Shown one piece after another: positions 18,203 to 30,200 of a stretch of 64,000 bases of DNA. How positions within the stretch are numbered: the first letter of the stretch is position 1; the number at the start of each line of letters is the position of its first letter. This stretch comes from a virus. The notes below the pieces were generated by a model, which was not told where the DNA came from, did no database searches, and was given only the letters and a program-made list of their open reading frames with translations. The stretch spans positions 3,232-67,231 of IMG/VR virus record IMGVR_UViG_3300024359_000009; one strand, given 5' to 3'. Both the position numbers and the translations under genes were made by a program.

Positions 18203-21200
18203 TTATTTTGAACAACTAAGTCCTAATTCACCATCATCTATTTTTTTATTTACAATATCACCTTCTGATTTAGGCATTATTATATTTATACCTCCTGGTT
18301 CACTCATACTATTCAGAGAAACATCTGAGCTACCAGAATATTGCTCAAAATCTATACCTGGAAGTTCTTGTTCTGGATTATACTCATCTTCAAACAAAGA
18401 ATCATCTGCTGTTTCTTTTGATTTTTTAGGAGTAGTTTTTTTAGGTTCTACTACTTTAAAATCATTGTTATCTGGATGTATAGAATCTGGATTCTCTTTA
18501 GTAGGATATACTTCAAAGAATTTGTGCTCTTCCCCTAATGGAGATATAACTTGATACTCAGCATATCCTTTTATAGCATCTACTATTTGAGATTGTCTCT
18601 TATATAATCTCCATTTTTTATTTTCCGTATCCCACATTTTAATGTAGTAAGGGAATCCAGCTGGAGATTTTAGTTCTGCTTTTACAAGATCACCACTTTT
18701 TCTTTGTATGTTAAATAAATTAGCAGCATTGTCTGATGAAACCCCAAAAGTATGTGGGAATTTTTTCTTACCAGTTATACTTTCAGCCTCTTTAGTTACA
18801 TCTAATTTATTAGCTCGTAACGAAACTGATTTTAATAGTTTATCTGCTTCAAATCTATTACGTATAATTTGGTCAACCATATTATATTGTCCTGATATAT
18901 CACCTAAAGCATCATCATTTTTTGTATCTACAGCGTATGCAGTAAGGTGTTCATTAGCGACATTTTCAAAAGCTTCTAATTGATCTGCAATATATTTAGA
19001 AAGACTTCCTAATGATTGTCCATCTTCATTTAAAGTTAAATCTTTCCATAGTCTTACTGGAAATAAATCGATAAATGTATTAGGTCCATTTTGGAAACCT
19101 GATGTTACAATTCCATACTGAATAATTCTACGCATATTTAAAGAAAGAGCATCTACAGCTTTTTGCTTTTCTACAGCTGACAAAGTATTGAATTTAGGAT
19201 AACTTGATTTTAATACTTTTTCAGGGTAGTAAACAAGCTCTTCAAATGCATCTACAAAAGATGATTTAGTCTCACCACTGTAAGAAGCAGTATTATTAAA
19301 TTTCAACATTTGTAGTGAATTTCTTGAGTTGAAATTATCCGAACTAACCATACTTAAAAAAGTATTGTTTTGTAGATTGTATTTCTTTTTAAGAATATCA
19401 ATTTGTTTTGCTGTTGAACGCTTAATATCAAATAGTTTTCTTTTTATAACATCTTGATCAGAGTCACTCATCATGTATTTTTGTACAGGTGAGTCTTTAC
19501 CAAACATAACGTATGAGAATATATCCGAATTAATTTTGTTCAATAAGTCTTTATCTCCAATGTATCCATCTTTTTGATGTGTACTGTAAGCAATACTGTC
19601 TTTGATAATAGAAAATACCTTAGAATTGTAAGGCATAAATTCAGAGATTATATTTTCAGCACCAAGTATAGCTTCATCGTAATACGCTTTAATCCTTGGA
19701 ACAGCTGCATCCTCTGTATAGAGATTGTTAACCGTTATCGCACCTCTTCCTTCTTCTACATAAGTTTTATTATTTTTCCAGATTTCTATATCTACAAGAC
19801 CACTCATTTGTGTGAATCTATCTGGAGACATCATTTTATTAGTTTTTGCTAAATCTGTACCTGCTTTATGATACTGTACAAAATCTAATAATACTTGTTT
19901 TTGGTACATCAACTCATCTTCAGACATTTCATCTAAAGATTTTGTAGCTTTTAGAACTGCTTTTAAATTTTCTGGAGTTATTGTAACTCTGTTGTTTTCA
20001 GCAGCGTCATAAGAAAGTTCTTTCCCTGTTCTACCTACTTTAGGTAAATCAAATCTTTCTGCTACTTCTGCTGCTAAAGTAGTAATGTAAGCCCCATCAG
20101 TTGATAAATTATTAGCATTAGTTAATTCTCTGATTATTGGTTGATTAATCAAATCTACAGCAATATCATTATTATAACCAAGTCTGTTTAAATAAGCTAC
20201 TACGTTTGCAGTAAATGTATTTATATTCAAAGAACCAGTAATAGGATCTTTAGCATTATCTAACGATGCATTTTGATTCTCATTTGTATAAATAGAACGA
20301 AGGACTCCATCAAATCCATATATTCCTGATAAATCATTTGCTTGATTATCTTTAGTACCTATTTCCTTACCATCTTGGTCCACTGTTTTAATGTAAACTG
20401 GAGTAGATGTTGCAATAGAAACGTCTTGCGCTATCGCTTGTCCTACAGAGTGTGATGAGAAAATACCTACCAATGCTTTAGCATCTTTGTTTACCATCTC
20501 TAAGTGCATGTCTGTATAACCAGATGAGAAATTAAATGTACTTGTTTTCTCAAGTAAGTTGTAATCACCATACTCCTCCATCTTATTAGGATAAGTAGCT
20601 GAATCTAAAGGATTTACAACCTCTTTATTATTGTGTTTAGAAGTTAATATACCAAATCTTGTAGCAAATAAAATGTTTTCTATTTGTTTATCAGATAATG
20701 CATCAGCACTTTTTGTACCTTCTACCATTTTTTTCAAAGAGTTTTGAAACGGTACTTTTTGAATCCCCTGTTTTAAATTTAAAGAATCAAAAATATCTGA
20801 TAAATATTTCTCAGTACTAACTATTTTATCTTTAGAAACATTATTTACTACTTTATCAATGTTTTCTTTCCAACTTTCTAATCCTTCTACAGAGTCTCCT
20901 CTTTCTTTCGCTCTTTTTATAAAAGTATTTTTATTAGTAGTAATTACTTTATCAAAATCACTTTGAAAGTCTTTAAGAAACATCATATCTGAAACCATTA
21001 AAGTGCTTCCGTCTTTTTTAGCCTGTTTTTTAGCTTGTCCCCAAACCTTTTTCATAGCTTTTTCAAACAAAGCTTCATTTTTAGGATCTTCTTTTCTCCA
21101 TTTGTTTAAAGAAACACTTGATCTTTTACCTTCTGGTAATCCTAATAACTCTGCTACTTTTGGTTTAAAGTCTGTATCAAAATCTAAAACATCTTGTCTA

Positions 21201-24200
21201 TTTTTTCTTAAAGTAGATTTTCCTAATCCTGGATGTCCCCAAATTATAGAATGTTTTTTATTTTGTAAAGCAGGATAATACAAAAACATCTTATCGACAT
21301 CATAATCTGAACCAGTTTGCGTCACAATCTCATGTGGCAACATAATCTGACCTTTAGATGTTGGAGGTAATATTCTTTTTACTATTAAAGGTAACATAGA
21401 TGATTTACCTTGTGTAGGGATACGGTATCCAATAATTTCTAACACAGATTTATCAGGCATTTTATCATGGTCTATAATACCGTTTTCATCAGCATATTCC
21501 AAAATACCTAATTTCTCTGCTTCTTTATAGGAGATGGCGCACTCAGCAGCTTTCATATCTCCGTTCTCAAACGAATAATACTTCAACCTGTTTTCAGTAT
21601 CATCACCGTACTCAGCTACTTGTACTGCGGCATCTCCTGGTAATCTTTGAGTAAGAACTCTTGATTTATATAAAGAAGCTAATGCGATTTCAAATTTCTT
21701 AGCGTAAGCTGGGAAAGATAAAGGCATTGCAAAAGAATAATCTCCTGATTCTAATTGCTGTATTTCTAAAGCGATACTGTAATTATCTGGTAAATCTCTT
21801 GACTCAATTTGTTCTATAAGTAATTTTTGAACCTTTTTCAAAAACTCTAATTGGTTTTCTCTTGAGTTACTTTTACCATTCGCTAAGTATTTATCGTACC
21901 CTAAGTCCTCTCTAAGTTTTTTAGAAGCACGTTTGATTTTCTCTACATATACAGAGTTGGAAACAGACTTTATTTGTTCTGTTGTCATAGCTTCCATTCC
22001 TTCTACTGTATTGTACACAGCACCTGGATCCATATTAGAAGTAATCAATTTAACAAATTGAGAACCGTCTTTTGGATCAGTACCTTTATCAGTTGGTAAA
22101 ATAAATGGACTTCTTTCATTCTCTGAATAGATAGTCTGAAGAGTCATGTTAGATAAATAAGATCCATCTTGAGAATAAGTATTTACACCTGACTTACCTA
22201 CTTTTACAGCAGACTCCATATTCACTACATCTATAGGATCCATGTTAGAAAATTCACCAGTAGCTTCCATTCTTTGACGTAATTTATCTAAAGATGGAAC
22301 TTGCTTAGTCATACCAGCGTATAAAGGAACAGTAGAGTGTTTAATTTGTTTAAACGACACTCTTTGTAATGCTACATCGTATTGTTTTCCCCAGTAAAAA
22401 GTTTTTAATGGTTTTAGTGCAAGTTTATTTACCCAGTCTGGCCAAGAAGATACTGGAACTTCTTTTTTCCAATACTCATTATATGCTTTTTCGTGAGAGT
22501 GTTCTCCTTCCATAGTCCAATCACCTCTACTCATCATTGAATGACGGTGAGCTTCAAGAGTTGTGTATCCTTGTGCATCAGCAGAATTACTTCCTTTACG
22601 ATACATTCTAACTATTTTGATAGCATCTTTCTTCTCTGTAGATAGAGAAGAAGTAGATTTTTTCATTCCATCTTCTGTAAGGTATGGTTTTGCCCAATTA
22701 GACTCACCAACTAAATTTTCAGCGATATTAACTGCAGAATCTACAGACATAGAAGTTTCTATATCTTTCATAATAGCCATGGACATCTGCTTAGGTTTTC
22801 CGTACATTGAGTCTATTACATGATCGATACCTGGGGTAATAGTTTGGTAAGAACGTTTACCAGCATCTGTTACAACTGATAAGAACTCACCTTTAACACC
22901 ATTGAACTCAGCATCATTTGATATATCTGCAGTTTTTGTTTTATACAGAGCTAAATCCCCCATTTGGAATTTGTTTATTTCTGTTCTCCAAACAAGTTCG
23001 TTCATTAAAAATTCAGAAACTTGGTCATCTATCTTGTTTACTTGCTCACCATCTATAGTTACAGAAGTACCTCCAAAAGAATCTACCTTTACCATATCGG
23101 TATAGTAAATACCGTCTTTTTCAAATAAGACACCAGCTTTAACCATTCTATTTTTACCACGTAGAACTTCTCTATCTAAAAACGCATCTAAGGCTTTGTT
23201 AACTTTTGCGTAGTTTGTTTCTGTAGAGATTTCTTTTAAGCTTCCATCTGTGTTAAACAATCCGTAAGTAGAGAAGTTTAAATCAGGTATAGACATAAAT
23301 TTCAATCCATTAGCAGCTTTTCTATTTAAAGTACCATCTGGATTAGTTCCTTTATAATGTAGATTTTCTACTAACTGGTCATCTCTTAAAGCTTCTGGAC
23401 CGAACAATTGTTCCTGAGTAAGTCTAATACGAGCAGCTTCTTGCATTACATTTCTTTTCAAGACATGTTTTGCAGCTTCTTTTACATATTTTACTCCAAT
23501 ACCATTACTAATACTCATCTCAGCAGGTGCTTTAGCATTTTGTAATGTAGGAACTTTCATGTATAAAGACCTTCCTTTATCTGCTTTCGTACCCATACTT
23601 ATATAAGAGTAACCTGTACTTTTTCTGTTACCATTGTTTGCAAACATAGCCATACGTGTTAACCATGCTTGTTTTTCTATCATTTGGTCAAAAGAAGTAC
23701 CTTTTCCTTTTTCTTTATCCTTAGCAGTATCAAGTTCGATTATATCAAACTCTTCTCTCATCTTAGGATTATTTTTTAATAACTCAAAAAATAGAGAACC
23801 ATGTACTCCTAAATTACCATCTGGATTGTAGAATACATCTTTAGAATATGAGTCTTCCCACATCTTTTCGATATTTTCTACTGTAGAAACATCTTGTTTA
23901 AATTTAGAAATATAAGAGTTTAAGTTTATAGAATAAACCATTTTACCCTCACCATTTACAAATGAACCAGTGTATAAATCCGTAGATACATCTTTAACTA
24001 ATTCAGCTATTTTAGTAATTGTTTTTAACTGACCTTTATTCTGAGTAGAAACGTATGGATCAACTCCTTTTCCAGATTTTATTTTTTTAGTTTTTACATC
24101 ATACCCAAGTTCATTCATAATAAATTTGAATTTCCCTTGTACATAAGACTTATTAAAATCTTTTGGAGAATATTTAGTAGCAAGCATTTGAAGTACAGGA

Positions 24201-27200
24201 GCGTCAAACTCTATACCTATGAAAGAAAACACTTCATTAATTGCTTTGTAATAATCTACTGGATTTTCTTGAAGCTTTTCATTACTCAATGTCTCATAAG
24301 AATCAGCCATTTTTTGAAGCACTTCTTTATTAACAGTAGCTGTTTGACCTTGCTCTTCAACAAATAAATTCTTAGCGTTTTTATTACGAGCCCATCCTTC
24401 TAATATCTGTTTTAAAACACCAGTACGATTTGTTTCAATAAGTTTCCACTCCATGTTTTCACCTGAAACAACTGTCATAAACTTTAACTGTGTTTTAGAC
24501 ATTACAGCTTTAAACTTATTTTTAAGTTCTGGAGACCAGTTTTGATACTCTGTATATACAGAGGAAATCATTGGGTTCCATGCTGATAACTCTTGTAATT
24601 TATCTTCCATCTCAGATATATCCACATCTGCTAACTTACTTGTAAGCATTGAATATACTTTATGAAAATCAATAAAAGTAGGAAGCATTGTAAACTTACT
24701 TCTTCCATTTGAAATAGTTTTACCTGTTTTTTTGTCTACTATTGTAGGAGTAGGAACAAAACTTAAAGCTATTTTAACTTCTGATGCTAATGTTTTCTTA
24801 GGATCACTTAAAGCAAAGTGTGAATTATGTATTCTTTCAATAGATGTAGATTCGTTTTCACCTTCTTCAACTACTTCTTCACCAAATTCAAGGACTTCAT
24901 TTTCTACTTTCTTAGCATCGTATTCTGTAAATCCATCTGTTGTTTTTTGTCTTTTTACATTTGAACCGTGTAGTTTTAAACTATCGATTAATAAAGAACC
25001 AAACCCAGGATCTGAAACAATACCACCTTCAAATTTATCATTCCATTCAGAGTCTTGTAATGATTTTTCTAAATATCTACCTGATAATGTTTTATTAGCA
25101 GTAGGATTTTTAGAATTTAAAAATGTAGTACCTTGTTTTAATAAAATGTCTCTTGTTTCATTAATAGCAGTCCTAACATCTTCTACATACTTATTAGATG
25201 TAATCATCTCAGTAATAGAAGTAGCAGTTGTTCTACCATCTGCAATCATTTTAGGTATTACTTTTCTCATCAATGCGTAACGCATTGTGCTTACCATATC
25301 ATGTTTGAACTCTTCTGTGAATCCTTTTTTTCTTCTAAGTTTAAAATCATTTGGATTAAAATATTGCTTATCCATGATTGATTTTGCTCTTTCTGAAAAC
25401 GTTACGTTACCATTCTTAATGTTTAAGAATGCTTTATTCATAATAGAATTAGAAAGGTAAACTGAATCTCTGTTCAACATCTGAGAACCTTTTATACGCA
25501 TCGCTAAAATTGCTTTTCTAATTCTATCAAAGAATTTTTGAATAGCAATTCCTACTTTAGTTTTCTTTATTTTGCCTTTTGACTCTTCAGACTCCATAAA
25601 AGTTCTGAATGCTTCGGCCATTTCTTCTTCATAATAAACTTCAGCTAACTCAGCTTCATTTTTATTAGGATATGTAGTTTTTAAATCTTGGTATTTTTGT
25701 GAGCGTTTATTTATTTCTCCAAATACTTTTTTAGCCGCTTTCATTAATACTTCTTTTTCTTTAGAAGTAGAAGCTAAATCAAGAACTAAGTGAAAAGCTT
25801 CGTGATAAGCAGTTCCTTTTTTACCATCTCTTGCTAAAAACACCATTCCATTTGAATAAGCACCGTATGCTTTTTCTCCTTTTATAAGAATAAATTTAGC
25901 TTGAGCCATTGGAGCTAAATGTTCTTCTCCGAATGTATCTATAATCCAGCTAATCTCTGTATCAGTTAAGATGTTCAAAGGATTTTCTTCAAATTTAGAC
26001 TCAACTTTTCTAAAAACTAAGTCTTCATCATTCGGATCTATATCCTCTGTATTGATTGTTTCTGTACCATCTAACTCTTTTTCTGGTTCTAACTCTTGTG
26101 TGTTATTATCAATTTCATTTTGAGTCGGATCTGAATCAATAACATTATCTGTTTCAGAAACTATTTCAATATTAGCAGGTGTAGCTTCTCCATCTGTATT
26201 GCTTTCGTTTTTAACTGCATTATCTTGCTGTTCTAAAGCTGTTAATTCAGCATCGTATTTAGCGTTGATTTTGTCTATTTCAGTATGTTCTTTTACATAG
26301 ATCTTCTCATTTTTATAATCTCCTATTAAATATACAACATCATTAGTAAACACAGGCTTTGTAGTATTACTATTAGTAGTACTTGCGTTATGCTTTAATC
26401 CTGCTGTTTTTAAATTAGCTCTGGGTACTACTGCAATATAAGGATCTCCACCTGCTTTTTCTGCAAAATCCATTACCACATTAAAGCCTTTAGTTCCATT
26501 TCCAAAGTATATACTGCTATACTTAGGATTATTATTATATCCTTTTTGACTTAAAACACCAGTTTCAGCAGCATTTATAAATCCTTCTTTAGATAAACTT
26601 CTATAAGCTAATTGATCATTTATATAATTAGATTGATTTTCAGGTGTTAACTCTACTGAATTTTCTATACTTAACAACTCTACCTGCCTTCTTCTTTTTA
26701 TATCAGCTTTAGTTTTAGCTTTAGCTACATCCAAACTATCTATATCAGATGTTACTTCTACTGAAGGAGTAACAATTTGAATTTTTTTATTTACTGGAAT
26801 TAATTGCGCCTTAGAATTTGTAAACTTTTGTCCTGTGCTTAATCCTGTAACATCGGTAGTAAGTATATTCTTACCTTCTAAGTATTCAGAGTATGAATTA
26901 TATGTTTCTCCAGTAGTGTGGTCAATTGTAGCTGTGTTGCTAACAATATTCTTTTTACTGACATCATAATTTTTACTCATTATAGCATCCTTAATAACTT
27001 GTCTGAAGTCTTGTAATGCTTCAAGCATCTCAGGAGTTAAAGTCTTAGGGCTTTTAGGATCGAAATATTCTTGCTTTGGTTTTCCGTCATCATTAAGTAA
27101 TGGCTCACCATAGTTGTATTCTGGATTACCAGTTGATGATTGGTAAACAGTTGCTAAAAATCTTTCACCATTTAAAGCTTGTCTTAAATTGTTAATTCCT

Positions 27201-30200
27201 TTATCTCCGAAATCATAAAATCCAATAGATAATATTTGACCACCTACTCTTAATTTTATCTCTCTATTGTTTGCAAAAAATAAAGGTCCATTAGCATTTT
27301 CAGAGTCTTCAATATTATGATTAGCTATTGTTCCTACAATACTTTTAATAATAGCTGCTTTATCATTACCTTCTAATTCACTATTTAAAAGAATATTATC
27401 TATAATGTGATCTGCATCTTTTTCTGATACTTTTTTAGTTTCTAAACGTACAGGAACTTTATCACCATTAGCAGAAGTAACCATTGCGTAAACTCTACCA
27501 TCTTCTACTTTTGCTTCATATTCTTTTTCAACGCCATTTTCCGTATAAATAACAGTACCATTACTACCAACACCTAATGTAAAATCTTTTCCAAAAGCAC
27601 CTAAAACTCCTATTGGATTTTTAGCAGATGAACCATCTGGTTGCTTTTGATTTATAACAAATCCTTTTCCTTTTTTATGTATCATAACTGGTACAGCTCC
27701 TGATTCATCTGAATAAACATCAAAGTTTGTCCTTAAATCGGATAACTCTTCTACGCTGTCAGCAGCAATTTTTTGTACTGGAGGACCATCTGGAGTTAAA
27801 TGAACTGTAATAGGTTGATTATGTTCACCTGCGTCTGGGAATATCTCTTGTCCAGCTTTTTCATGTCCTTGAGGATATACATATTGTCCTTTTTTAAGAT
27901 AAACTACCTGGTCTTTTTTTGCATTTTCAGGTTTAACCCAGTCTTCAAACGCTAATACTTCGCTTTCTAATACAGGAGTCTCGTTTAAATCTGCTGGAAC
28001 TATATAAATAGGCTCACCTTTCATACCTTTTGTTAGCAAAGGAACTGGAGCAGATGATTTATCGTATCTAAACTTATCCATTCCAAACCCTTGCCTTATT
28101 ATAGGCATACCAGTTGTCTCATCCAATTTAACTGGATACCAATATAAAGGAATAGCAACTGCTTTCTCAGCTTCTGTAAGATTGTCTTCTGTTTTTCTTA
28201 CATACTTAGTAGCTAATTTTGGAATAGGATTACCATTTTCATCAGTAGCTTTTACAAAGAAACCTTTTTCACGAACACCCATCTCGATGTTATTAGAAGT
28301 AGGAGTCTCAGGATTATCTATCTGCAGAGATATAAATTGCGTATCAACTGTTGTTACAGCATCTACTGGCATTGCTTGTAACTGAGGTTGCATTTTAGCT
28401 TCAGCCTCTTCTTCAATATCTTCTTCTTCTGTAGTTTCAACCTCTGAATCAAGATCTAAAACAGGGGTGTTCTCTAAACCGTACTTAGCAGAATTATCAC
28501 CTTCTTTTTCAGATAACTGAACGATACGAATATCTTTAGTATCTAACATTGCATCTGGATCAACTCCAGCTTCTTCTAATTCTTTATCTCTTTGTTCTAA
28601 AGCAGCTTCCTTATCTTTTAATGCTTGTTCAAAAGATTGTAGTTCTTGTACTCGTTCATTCAGTATCGCTGCTTCAGATGACTTTATATCATCTCCCAGT
28701 AAATCTAAGTTATCAGTGATTTCTTTTACTGTATTAGCCTCTTCTAAAAGCATTTTAGTACCATCAGATAATTCTGCTTTTCTTTCTGGAGATAAATTTT
28801 CTAATGTTTTATTAGGAACTTTTTCCCCCAAATCTTCTGCAGTAGCAGTAGGCTCTGTTTCTTGTACAGTTATTTTACCATCTTCACTCAGACTTACTGT
28901 TGGAACACCTAATATTTCATTTAAACTCTGTTGTCCTTCAGAAGGAGCATTTTGAGTAGGAGCTTCTTCTTTTTCATTTGTTGGAGCTTCTACTTTTTTA
29001 CCTGGTTGTTTTTTAGCAGCCTCAGCAACTTTTTTAGCAGCTTTAGGTGTTAATCCTAATTCTTGTTTTAACGACTCTGCCTGTGTATCTATATGCTGTA
29101 ATACTTCAGTTTGAGCTTGTTTTCTTTTATTGTCTAAAGCAATAGTTTCGTTTTTAGAAACCTTTTCTAAAAAGTCATATAAAACATCTAAACGAGAATT
29201 TTTCTCAGGATGATTTGATTTCTGTACAGAGTTAATTAATGATTGAATACCATCACGAGTTAAACCATTATCGATTATTTCATCTTGTATTCTTTCTCTA
29301 AACGCATCTTCCCTACGTCTTTCAAATCTATTTTTACGAATATCATCTGCTTTATTTTTAGCAGCCCTTTTACCTTCAGATTTTTTAACCATCTGAATAT
29401 ACTCTGAATCTAATTCATTTTGTATTTTAGAATTTTCATCAGCTTCTTTTTCATTATCTCTTTTTAACTTTAAAGCAAAGGCAAAGGCATCATTTTCTAA
29501 TGCTAATTCTTCATCTGACATAGATGCATACGAAGGAGATAACCCAGAACGTATTTCGTTCATAGCTTTTTCAACTTCTTGTATGTTTTCTTTTGCTTCT
29601 TTTGTGTATTTTTTATAATTCAAAGCAGTAGCCCTATTAACTACTGCACTACTTTGTAGTTTAGGAGAAGCAAAACTAAATTTATTATAAGCATCTTCTG
29701 TTTCTTCTATAAACTCAATAGCACTTTCAGCTCTTTCTTTATAGTTAGAAGGCATACCTCTTTCATCAATAGCTTCTTTCTCAGGAATACTTGCCATGTG
29801 TTTATACGCTGCAAGTAAAGACTCAGTAGTACCGTCTTGCAAACTGTTTTTAACCTGACTCCATAACATATTATCAGCAGCTGCACTTACTTTTGCTTGC
29901 GCTTGTTCTATTTTCTTTGTGTCTCCCTCTGCTTCTGCTTTTTCCAGTTCTTTTTCGGCTGCTTTTTGAGCTTCAGCTTTTGTTTTGAAATCCGCTGCAG
30001 AAAGAAAAACACTTGATAATGTTCCATTTTTAGCACTGCTTTTCTTTGCCATATTATCAATCTCAGCAATACGTGCTTCTTGTTTTTCAAACTGTTCTAA
30101 TTCTTGTTTGTACTTACCAGACGCTTTTCTGTACGCCATACCACCAGCTCCTTGACCAATACCACCAATAGCCCCAAGCGTACCAGCTTCCCAGAAACTT

